Positions 18,661 through 27,070 of a DNA stretch of 64,000 nt are shown piece by piece. This stretch comes from Longimicrobiales bacterium. GTDB lineage: Bacteria > Gemmatimonadota > Gemmatimonadetes > Longimicrobiales > Gaopeijiaceae. The stretch is from the NCBI GenBank assembly GCA_965198065.1, contig CBDAON010000004.1, positions 1,856,001 to 1,920,000 on the forward strand, read 5' to 3'. Positions within the stretch are counted from its first letter, which is position 1, and every line of letters begins with the position of its first letter. Under the pieces are notes generated by a model that saw only the letters and a list, made by a program, of their open reading frames with translations, searched no databases and was not told the origin of the DNA. Position numbers and translations under genes: made by a program.

Positions 18661-19305
18661 ATGAGACGCCCCGTTCGGTTCCTGTTCCTTATCACGCTGC
18701 TGGTCATAACCAGGCTCAGCGCCTCGGCGCATCTGGCGCCGAATGCGAGCGCCGAGCACTTCAGGCTCCTCGAGCCCACCTCATGGCTCGTCGAGAGCCC
18801 CCGCGGCGATCCCCAGAAGGCGGGTCCGTGCGGTGGCTCCAATTCCGACTGGGGCGAGCCGACCTACGTCGTCAATCAGGCGGTCGGCGGGGAAACGCTC
18901 ACGATCCGAGTCGAGGAGACCATCTACCATCCGGGGCACTACAGAGTGGCGCTCGCGGTAAACTCGCCCACTGAGCTGCCGCCCGATCCGGAGACCACCA
19001 CGCGAGACAGCGAGAGGGGACCCTGGTCGGTCTCGGCCGTCATTGAGGATTCGCCGCAGCCCCCGGTCCTCGCCGACGGCCTGTTCGAGCACTACGAGCG
19101 GCCGGCCGAGGGGATGAACCTCTTCGAGACCGACGTGCGGCTCCCGAACATCAACTGCGAGAGGTGCACGTTGCAGGTCGTGCAGTGGATGGCCGAGCAC
19201 GCCTTCAACAATCCGGGCGGGTACACGTACCACCACTGCGCGGATATGCAGATTACCGCGGACCCGGCGCAGCCGCTCGACACGGGGTGGCCGGCGCAGC
19301 GATAG
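18661..19305 (+). CDS. SCE4755-family polysaccharide monooxygenase-like secreted protein
   Basis: Signal peptide, HFRLLEP, QKAGPCG, HPGHYRVAL, CERCTLQVVQWM, YHHCAD. Confidence 0.78.
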   Translation: MRRPVRFLFLITLLVITRLSASAHLAPNASAEHFRLLEPTSWLVESPRGDPQKAGPCGGSNSDWGEPTYVVNQAVGGETLTIRVEETIYHPGHYRVALAVNSPTELPPDPETTTRDSERGPWSVSAVIEDSPQPPVLADGLFEHYERPAEGMNLFETDVRLPNINCERCTLQVVQWMAEHAFNNPGGYTYHHCADMQITADPAQPLDTGWPAQR

Positions 19306-19379
19306 CCCCGAGCCCGGCTCAGGGACGGGCTTTCCGGACCCGGCAAGGCAGTCGGGCCGTCAGACGGGCAGATGAGAGG

Positions 19380-19410
19380 TAGGGCTCAGGAGCCAGGCTC
19401 CTGAGCCCTA
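19380..19410. terminator. 31-bp palindrome between convergent genes
   Basis: tagggctcaggagcc-a-ggctcctgagcccta, 15-bp perfect arms. Confidence 0.55.
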
Positions 19411-19467
19411 CTCTCTACTTCTCTCTACTTCCAGCGAGCTTCGAGCCGCCTCGAAACCCCGGCCCGT

Positions 19468-19926
19468 TCAGGGATTGATCAGCGGAAGGCCGGCTTCGCC
19501 CCAGGCCCTGAATCCACCGACCAGGTTGTAGATCCTGGTGTATCCGAGCTCCGCGAGCTCCGTGGAAGCCTGTCTGCTCATGCCCCCGGATCGACAATAG
19601 AGGACCACGGGCGCGTCCCTGTCGGCCGGAAGCCGATCGAGTTGCTCGGCTATCTGGTCGAACGGGATCGAGAGATCCGTGTCAGGGAGGTCACCCTGGA
19701 AGGGGATGTGGACGTTCACGAGAGGAAAGTCCTTGTCGGCCAGCATCTCCCGCAGCTGGGGGACCGTGATGTTCCAGTAGGCCCCGCCCTGCACGGGCAC
19801 CCGCTCGCCGCCGGCCGGCTCGGTCGCGTCCGCGGCCTGCCCGAGAGCGGGCGCGGGGAGGATCAGCAGGGCCAAGAGCAACGGGAGACGTGACAGCGTC
19901 GAGCGCACGTTCATGTCAGTCGGCAC
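19468..19926 (-). CDS. Exported rhodanese-domain protein
   Basis: Signal peptide; VVLYCRSGGMS, IYNLVGGFRAWGEAGLP. Confidence 0.88.
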   Translation of the reverse strand: MPTDMNVRSTLSRLPLLLALLILPAPALGQAADATEPAGGERVPVQGGAYWNITVPQLREMLADKDFPLVNVHIPFQGDLPDTDLSIPFDQIAEQLDRLPADRDAPVVLYCRSGGMSRQASTELAELGYTRIYNLVGGFRAWGEAGLPLINP

Positions 19927-20230
19927 CGGTTCGAGGAATGATGTAGGGGAAGGTAGTCTCGACGAGGATCCCGGGCCAAGTCGACGAGGCCGGGCGGACG
20001 AGAGTGCTTCACGCTGAACGTCATGCCGCGCTGAGGTATCTTGATGAAGCGCGATATTCTCAGCGCCGACAACTTGCGAGGCATCCTCGCCTACGGGTTC
20101 CCACCACCTCCCGTAAGGGTTCGGGGGAGAGGGGCTTTCCAGTCAGGAACCAATGATTTCGCTCTGCCGTTCGATAACGCGAGCCAGCTCTTCTTAGGAT
20201 GCTCGAGCAGTCCCGCCGCTCCGGAGACGC

Positions 20231-20584
20231 TTGCTCGGACAACAGCCAGTCCCTAGCGTCCGATCCGCCTCACCAGACCGCCCGCGCCCGCCCGAACACC
20301 GAATCGGAGAAAGGGATCCCCTTGCGACTCGTCGCGACGCGAACTCCGCAGTATTGGATCCGTGGACGGCCGTGCATCTCTCCGCCGGGCTCGCGCTCGG
20401 ACTGATGGACATTCCGCTCGGTCGTTCCCTCGCGGCCGCCGTCCTTTGCGAGGCGGCGGAGCAGGTCGTCGAGCGAGACGAAAGGGGTCAGCGTCTCTTC
20501 CGGACCCAGCGGCCGGAAATCCCCCTCAACGCGGTGGTCGATGTGGCGGTCTTCGCTCTCGGTCACCGGCTCGGGTCCGCCTAG
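20231..20584 (+). CDS. Small hypothetical membrane protein; start unclear, may be a remnant
   Basis: Protein-like C-terminal part DPWTAVHLSAGLALG...EIPLNAVVDVAVFALG; no convincing start codon next to it. Confidence 0.45.
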   Translation: MLGQQPVPSVRSASPDRPRPPEHRIGERDPLATRRDANSAVLDPWTAVHLSAGLALGLMDIPLGRSLAAAVLCEAAEQVVERDERGQRLFRTQRPEIPLNAVVDVAVFALGHRLGSA

Positions 20585-20599
20585 AACCGCAGCTGACCG

Positions 20600-20915
20600 G
20601 GCGGGCTTCGGTACCTTGGCCGGACGCCTTCGGCCTGCTGCACGCGGCCTGGCGACAGGGCGCCCCCGGTGCCTAGCGAGCCCCTCCGCGGGTGAGCAGC
20701 GTCGCGACAGGGACGACCCGGCAGCCGTGAGCGAATCTCCCGCTCGAGCAGGTAGCCGATCATCCCCTCCGTCTCCGCGCCCAGCACGTCCAGCGGCTCC
20801 CCGTCGCCTCTGCCTGAAGCGCGAGGCGGCCTACCTGAGGGCCGTTCCCGTGCGTCAGCACCAGGGAGTGATGGGCCAGAGCCGCCACGAGGTCCGCAGC
20901 CACGCCGACCTTCCG
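20600..20915 (-). pseudogene. arcC: Carbamate kinase remnant, frameshifted and truncated
   Basis: LVLTHGNGPQVGRLALQAE in one frame and PLDVLGAETEGMIGYLLERE in another; both are carbamate kinase motifs. Confidence 0.8.
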
Positions 20916-21125
20916 GAGCTGGGTCTCCCGCTCCGCGACATGTGTGGTTCGTTCCCGAAGTGGGTACCCGCTTCTCTCGGCCGTGCACCGGCCCGGGTTG
21001 AGGCAAGAGGCGTGCCCTTGGACGCGCGCTCACGGGGGCATGCCAATTGAGGATCGAACGCTCAGATTGCAAGATAGCTTGGCATGTGGTGAGTCCACCT
21101 CTTCCACGGCAGCAGGAGGGACGCT

Positions 21126-21746
21126 CTGAATCCTCCGCGGTCCTCCGCTCCCAAGCGCTACGATCGCGCCTATTTCGACCGCTGGTACCGTGGTCCGGAG
21201 TATTCGATCGGCACTCAGGCGGCCCTCCGCCAAAGCGTCGCGCTTGCCGTGGCGGCGGCTGAGTCCGTGCTGGCCCGCCCTCTGAGGAGCGTGCTCGACG
21301 TGGGCTGCGGGGAGGGTCGATGGCAGCCGGTGCTCCGGAGGCTGAGGCCTAGGGCCGTATACCTGGGCATCGACTCTAGCGAGTACGCGGTCGAGCGGTT
21401 CGGGGCCCACCGGAGCCTCCGCCTCGGCACATTTGAAGAGCTCCACCTTCATGTGTTCGATCGCCCCTTCGACCTCGTCGTCTGCTCGGACGTCCTGCAC
21501 TACCTAACCCCGAAGCAGATCTGGAGCGGGCTGGACGCACTCGTCGAGAACATTGGAGGCGTTGCGTTCCTCAGGGTGCTCACCACGGCCGACGAGATCG
21601 AGGGGGACGAGGTCGAGTTCTACCGGCGGTCGCCCTCGTGGTATCGGGAGACGTTCCGGAAGGCGGAGCTTCGGCCAATCGGCCTCCAGATGTACGTCCC
21701 GGACGAGGTCGCGCGGGAGCTGGAGGCGATGGAGTTGGGGGGGTGA
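21126..21746 (+). CDS. Class I SAM-dependent methyltransferase, probable CTG start
   Basis: VLDVGCGEG, DLVVCSDVLHY; frame open upstream of 21249 through KRYDRAYFDRWYR to a CTG 6 nt after AGGAGG. Confidence 0.8.
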   Translation: MNPPRSSAPKRYDRAYFDRWYRGPEYSIGTQAALRQSVALAVAAAESVLARPLRSVLDVGCGEGRWQPVLRRLRPRAVYLGIDSSEYAVERFGAHRSLRLGTFEELHLHVFDRPFDLVVCSDVLHYLTPKQIWSGLDALVENIGGVAFLRVLTTADEIEGDEVEFYRRSPSWYRETFRKAELRPIGLQMYVPDEVARELEAMELGG

Positions 21747-21868
21747 GCGAGGAGGCCGCCCGGTTGACGCGGGCCGGATCGCGACCATCACTCTAACTGG
21801 TCGTCGCGCTCGGCCTGGTGGGCACGGCCCCCCGGTCTGGGCGCTCTTCTGAGGAAAGGAGGGTTTCG

Positions 21869-22294
21869 TTGAAGAGACAAAAGCTGATCGAGCGCCTTAA
21901 CGGGGATCTCGCCGGCGAGTACGGCGCGATCATCCAGTACTCGACCTACGCCGCGATGGCCACGGGCCCGTACCGGCCGCAACTCACGCAGTTCTTCCTT
22001 GCCGAGATCGCGGACGAGCAGGGTCACGCCCAGTTCCTCGCGAACAAGATCGTAGCGCTGGGTGGGGAGCCGACCACAGTGCCGAGGAGCGTGCCGGCCG
22101 CGCCCAGGAACCGGGAGATGCTGGAAGCCGTGCTCGAGGCTGAGCGGAGAGCCGTCGCCGATTACACCGAGCGCGCCAAGGAAGCGGAGGCGTTCGGGGA
22201 CAAGGGCCTGGTCGTTCAGCTCGAGGACATGGTGCGGGACGAGAGCGCCCATGCGGAGGAGACGGAGCGAATCCTTCGCGACTGGCCGCTCTGA
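21869..22294 (+). CDS. Ferritin-like di-iron domain protein
   Basis: TTG after AGGAGG; LAGEYGAIIQY, DEQGHA, ERRAVADY, DESAHAEE. Confidence 0.85.
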   Translation: MKRQKLIERLNGDLAGEYGAIIQYSTYAAMATGPYRPQLTQFFLAEIADEQGHAQFLANKIVALGGEPTTVPRSVPAAPRNREMLEAVLEAERRAVADYTERAKEAEAFGDKGLVVQLEDMVRDESAHAEETERILRDWPL

Positions 22295-22374
22295 TCCGGC
22301 CCGGTCATCCGGCCGCCCTCGCGTCGACCGGTTGTTATCGGCCGTTGGCTCGTGCCCTCGAGAGAGTTACCGCT

Positions 22375-23244
22375 CTAGGCAGAAGTCACCATCTCGTCGA
22401 AGTAGTCTGACAACGTCCGAGTGCCTCGAGCTGGCACAACAAGGTCACGCACGGACACATCGGCATAGAACGCAGTGATGTCTCCCACCCTGGGGTTGAA
22501 CGGTTTGATAATTCTGGCTCCGAGTCTGACCAGCCCTGGTGGGATGCGGCGCACTTTCAAAGGTCGCCCAAGCGCCTCCAGCGCGAGTTCAGCAATCCTC
22601 CGGCGCGTTAGCACTTCGGGGCCTCCTGCGAGCACTTCACGTCCAGCTCCTTCGATCGCATAGACACAGACCTCGGCAAGGTCTACATCGGCGATCGGGT
22701 TCGTCTTCGCAGCCCCATCCCCGATGATTGGTACCGGGCCCCTCCGAGCATACTGCATGAACTCCCCGAAGGCGGAGAGGAACCCAGGGGGCCGCACCAC
22801 GGAGTGGTCGATATTGGCTGCGGCGAGTTTTCGCACTACGGCCTCATGTGCTGCTATGTACCGGAGGTGGCCCAGTGCCTCATGGCCCGCAACGCTGACG
22901 TACACGAAGCGGGTCACTCCCGCCCGAACCGCCGAGTCGATCAGGTTGAAGTTCGCAGGCGTATCGACTTGGTCGTACGAGCGACGACCAGCGGCCATGT
23001 TCGGGGACACGCTGGCGCCAAGGCACGAAAAGACGACATCAACCCCGCTGCATGCTTCGTTGGTCACAGACGGATCGAGGGCGTCACCGTGGCAGACCTC
23101 GACGTGGCCCATGACAGCTTGAGGCAGGTCCGAGCGATGGACCAAGGCGGTCACTGCGTGTCCGCGACCGAGCAGGGCCCGAAGGACGTACTGACCCAAT
23201 GCACCCGCGGCACCTGCCACCAGAGTTCGACCTGATGTGACCAC
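22375..23244 (-). CDS. NAD(P)-binding atypical SDR/NmrA-like oxidoreductase
   Basis: VAGAAGALG Rossmann motif, RFVYVS, VVRPPGF; visibly lower GC. Confidence 0.82.
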   Translation of the reverse strand: MVTSGRTLVAGAAGALGQYVLRALLGRGHAVTALVHRSDLPQAVMGHVEVCHGDALDPSVTNEACSGVDVVFSCLGASVSPNMAAGRRSYDQVDTPANFNLIDSAVRAGVTRFVYVSVAGHEALGHLRYIAAHEAVVRKLAAANIDHSVVRPPGFLSAFGEFMQYARRGPVPIIGDGAAKTNPIADVDLAEVCVYAIEGAGREVLAGGPEVLTRRRIAELALEALGRPLKVRRIPPGLVRLGARIIKPFNPRVGDITAFYADVSVRDLVVPARGTRTLSDYFDEMVTSA

Positions 23245-23311
23245 CTGTCAGAGCAATACGAACGGCAGCGCGAGGGCGAATTCGAGTACGACGAAAGGAG
23301 CCGGCATGGCC

Positions 23312-23851
23312 TCAGAGCCAGCGACGTACCCGACGCTTGTAGGCCAGGTAGTCCTCGCCGAACTTCCGTTCCAGGTACTCCTCTTCAGGCAGGATCACGA
23401 GTTGCTGCAGGACCCACCAACAAATCGGGGTGAGCAGGAGGATCCAAGGGTTCATGAGAAGAATCGCGAAGCCGAGGCAGGCGAGAATCATCTGCAGATA
23501 CATAGGGTTGCGTGTGAAACGATAAGGCCCGTGCTCGATGATTCTCTTGGTGGGGTCCCACGGCTTCTCGCTCTCACCCGCCCTGCGAAACAGCAGAACG
23601 GACCATAGGCCCACCCCGAAGATCGACCCACATATCACGATTCCTCCGACCCAGTAGCGTACCGAAGGGGAAACCCCGAGCCCGACGTCGAGGGGCCAAA
23701 GGTAGTCGAGCAGAACGCCCAGCAGGATCGTGGCCAGCGGAACCCCGGGCGGGAACACCTTCACCGCGGCAGCGTCCCTTGTCCCGGGCGCCTCCGTCTC
23801 CCCTCCAGGCGATTCCCCCTCGCGCCCAGATGGGCTCTGCCTAGTCGGCAT
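23312..23851 (-). CDS. Isoprenylcysteine carboxylmethyltransferase-family membrane protein
   Basis: GPYRFTRNPMYL, EEEYLERKFGEDYLAYKRRVRRWL. Confidence 0.9.
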   Translation of the reverse strand: MPTRQSPSGREGESPGGETEAPGTRDAAAVKVFPPGVPLATILLGVLLDYLWPLDVGLGVSPSVRYWVGGIVICGSIFGVGLWSVLLFRRAGESEKPWDPTKRIIEHGPYRFTRNPMYLQMILACLGFAILLMNPWILLLTPICWWVLQQLVILPEEEYLERKFGEDYLAYKRRVRRWL

Positions 23852-23887
23852 TCTCGACTCCAGCGAATCCCAGTCCGCGCCTGAAGG

Positions 23888-24109
23888 TCAACACAAAGAG
23901 GCCTTCCCAACGCTGCTAGACTTTCGATACGAACGGCGCAGAAACCAGACTAATGGAACACCTACAATAGTGCTGTAGAGTGCCCCCAAAATGCCAACAT
24001 CTTTGGCGTAAGTGGCGAGGAGCCAAACGCCACCGCCCACCCGGAGCGGGTCAGTGTCTGTCAAACCATGATAGGCAAAAAGCGCCGGGGAACTGGCAGC
24101 GCCCACCAA
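23888..24109 (-). CDS. Small hydrophobic hypothetical protein or remnant
   Basis: Hydrophobic segments, lower GC, adjacent to tRNA fragment 1. Confidence 0.3.
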   Translation of the reverse strand: MVGAASSPALFAYHGLTDTDPLRVGGGVWLLATYAKDVGILGALYSTIVGVPLVWFLRRSYRKSSSVGKASLC

Positions 24110-24209
24110 AATGCCCGCTTCGTGTGCCTCCTCAGGGGTGCACCCACTTCGTCATAGCTTTCGGGCACTCATCTCGTGTCCCAGAGTCCCAACACTCGTC
24201 CGACTTCGG

Positions 24210-24253
24210 TAGCGCGCCCGACAGGATTCGAACCTGTGACCTTCGGCTCCGGA
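24210..24253 (-). repeat. tRNA-Arg(CCG) 3'-half fragment, copy 1 (att-like)
   Basis: Minus strand TCCGGAGCCGAAGGTCACAGGTTCGAATCCTGTCGGGCGCGCTA: anticodon loop, T-arm, acceptor 3' strand; no D-arm. Confidence 0.9.
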
Positions 24254-25118
24254 AGCTCCGGTGCCCGTGCTCCTGGCTGAAGCGGATGGGCCGGACGATC
24301 TCGGCCCCCGCCTCTTCCATCCGCTCGAATACGGGATCGGTGTCGGTGTAGGAGAAGGCGAGGTGGTCGATGGCCGAGCCGTCGGTCACGCCCAGGTCCC
24401 GGTCCACGCTCGGCGGATACCAGTACGGGCGCTCCTCGTCCGGATCCTGGGCCTGCCAGATGATCACGTTGATGTTGTCCACCCGGAGCACCTGGTTCGC
24501 CGAGCCCCGCGGCTCCATCCCAAGATGCCTCTCGAACCAGCGGGCGGTGGCCTGGGGGTCGTTGGCCAGGAGGTGGATGTGCTCGAAGCGGTGGTTGCGG
24601 CTCCCGGTGTAGACCTCGATCACCTCACCGTCGGGGCCCCAGAAGTACATGTAGTTCTCGTCGCTTCCCCTCAGCGACGAGATAGGGGTCTCCACCTCGA
24701 TCCCCTCCCGGGTCCGCCATTGGAACTCGGTCTCCCCGTCCACGCCGGCCCAGCCTACGTGCCAGAGCGCCGTCCCCAGGTGCGTGCGGGGTGACTGGGC
24801 GACCTCGTCGAGGAGGAGGAAGGAGCGCTCGGTGAAGAGGGCGGGGGATCGGTCCCGGTACATCACCTCGTAGGTGCCGAAGAACTTCTCATAGTAGTCG
24901 ATCGTCGCCTGACGATCGGTGACGTTCAGGTGCAGGTGATGGAAGCCCGCTGTCTCCACCTGCATGGCCGGGGAGGACGTGCCCGGCCAGGGGAGAGCGA
25001 CGAAGAGGACGAGGGCGACGAGAGCCATCCCGAAGCCAGTGTAAGCTCCGCCGGGGAGACGCCGGCCGGCCCGCTCCCCGAAGCTCGGGAGACGACCTCC
25101 GTCAGCCCCGGTCGCCAT
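24254..25118 (-). pseudogene. Secreted multi-domain VOC protein, C-terminus cut by the tRNA fragment (ORF reads through to 24132)
   Basis: FHHLHLNV, WHVGW, GPDGEVIEV, EHIHL, IDHLAFSY; last module stops at GHRSF, then tRNA-derived RSRRSQVRILSGA. Confidence 0.75.
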
Positions 25119-25194
25119 TCCTCGTCATCGTGAGAGCCGTGCGGACCACAGCCATGACTCCCGGGGGTCCCCGGAGGCGCGCCCGCGCAACATC

Positions 25195-26340
25195 CTAGAG
25201 ATCACTGCTGTCCGACGCAGCGTCGGCCTCTTCCCCCTCCTCGCCCTCGGGCTCCACCAGCTCTCCCTCCTCGAAGCGCCGCTCGCCGCGGTTGGCCGAC
25301 TGTTCCAGTTGCTCCGTCACCTCTTTCAGGAGATCCTCTGGAATCGGATCCTGGCCGACCACGTGGTTCATCGGCTCCACCGGGGTGTAGTCGAGCCAGC
25401 CGTTCCCCATCTCGGCGTAGGTGGGCAGCCCGTATGGCGTGTCCGACGTAGGGTCGGGATTGGCGGGATTGAACTCGGAGTTGTCCCACGTTGGGGTCCA
25501 GAGGAGCTTCGAGCCGGCGGGCGCGACCGGGGGATCCTTGAAGACGTACATCCGCTGCCACTCGAAGTGGTACTCGGGCACGTAGAGGAGGAGCTCCCTC
25601 CGGCCGTCCGGATACTCGAGCTCGTACTTCGCCTCCTTACCCAGATAGTGCATGTGGGGCGTGAGCGAGAGGATGTAGGTGTCCTCCTCGAACTCGAACT
25701 CCCGCGTCAGCTCGTACGCTGGATGGCCGGCGGGGATGACGAAGTCGTTGCCGACGCTGAGCACGGACCGGCGGACGAAGTGCTGGATCGTGTCTCCCTC
25801 CTCGTAGAAGATGATGGCGCCCCTCGACGCGTCGTGGAACGCCGTGCCCGGGCCGGGCTCCTTGTTGTAGTGCATCCCCAGGCGGACCCCGTCCACCGGA
25901 GGCAGGAGCTTAGCGAAGCCGTCGGGATAGACGTAGGGATCCCAACCGGGTGCGATGCAGCCGAAGGGCTCGCCGCAGGTGTGGTGGACGTGATCGCTCC
26001 CGGCCCGGAGCTCAGACGCCTTGATCCAGCGTGGCTCCGTGTGTTCCTCGGGGACCACGAGGTTGATGCCGACGTTCAGGTCGGTGAGGTCGTCCTCTAC
26101 GAAATAGGGCTCCGCGAAGCCCATCACGAGGTCCGGCTCGCCGATCCACCACTCACCTCTCTCCGCCACCTGTTTCTCGACCATGGCGAGGTCGACCGAC
26201 GCGTTCGCCGGATCACCCTCCGGAGCGCCACCCTTGCCCCATGCGATGATGGTGTTCTTCTCTTCCGGCGTGAGGTAGATCTCGCCCACGAAGGTCCCCT
26301 CGTGAACGGGGTCGGCGTGCCACGGCGGCATCCGGCCCAT
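25195..26340 (-). pseudogene. Copper type II ascorbate-dependent monooxygenase-like protein, N-terminus lost
   Basis: RMPPWHAD, DHVHH, MHY, PHMHYLGK, YHFEWQ, WDNS..NPANPDP, EM; begins abruptly at the IS1595 remnant with no signal peptide or CxxCH. Confidence 0.7.
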
Positions 26341-26344
26341 CTCA

Positions 26345-26510
26345 ACCTGTCTTGTCGCTTGGTTCCTATCGGACAGCTTGGCACATGGCGCACCGGATCA
26401 GAATGGCGATGCGTGCCGAACCACTGGCTGGTTTGCTCAAGGGCACCGTAGAGGCCGACGAGACGTATGTGGGTGGTCGTAGGAAGGGCAGCAGGCCCGT
26501 GACCGGGCAG
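26345..26510 (+). mobile_element. IS1595-family transposase internal fragment
   Basis: LGSYRTAWHMAHRIRMAM..LKGTVEADETYVGG. Confidence 0.85.
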
Positions 26511-26740
26511 GGACGATCGCTGGGCTCGCCGAACCGCCGAGCCCGCCGCCGCTGAACCGGGAGCCGGCCTCTCCCTCCTCCACACGAGGCCTTCCGGCGA
26601 CCGGCTCACGTAGGACGCCAGGGCCCAGAGATTGTGTTCGATCTCCTCGATCTCCACCGGCGAAACCGACGTGTTACGGCCGCGCTGGACGGTGTTCTTG
26701 AAGATGCGTTCGCCCCCGGAATCACCAACTCGGTCATCAG

Positions 26741-26855
26741 CAGGAGTAGTGATGTATAGCCAGGGTGAAGGCGTCCTCGAGGACGAAGCCGAAGCTAAAC
26801 GCTTGTATCGACTGGCGGCCGAGCAGGGAGATGCTCTAGCCCAGACCAACCTCAG
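26741..26855 (+). pseudogene. Isolated Sel1-like repeat shard
   Basis: VMYSQGEGVLEDEAEAKRLYRLAAEQGDALAQTNL. Confidence 0.75.
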
Positions 26856-27070
26856 GGTGACTCTCGCCCAACGCTGGTTTCGGTGTCAGGTGCAGGGTAC
26901 GCTGGGGAATGCGTTGCCGGAACGTTCCGGCGCCCGTAGACTCCGACCCACACCTCTAGACGCCGACCCACGCGACCGGCCCCTGAAAAGCCGGACGGTC
27001 GTCCCGAGTCTTTCTCATCCTCAGTATGGGAGCGCACATCATGGGCACGCGCACCATGTTTGAGTCCCCT

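Noticed and set aside
22295..24200. Integron cassette array (co-oriented lower-GC genes; TAAC-containing motifs near 22335, 4472 and 31262)
   Set aside because: No paired RYYYAAC...GTTRRRY ends with internal symmetry, and no intI gene.
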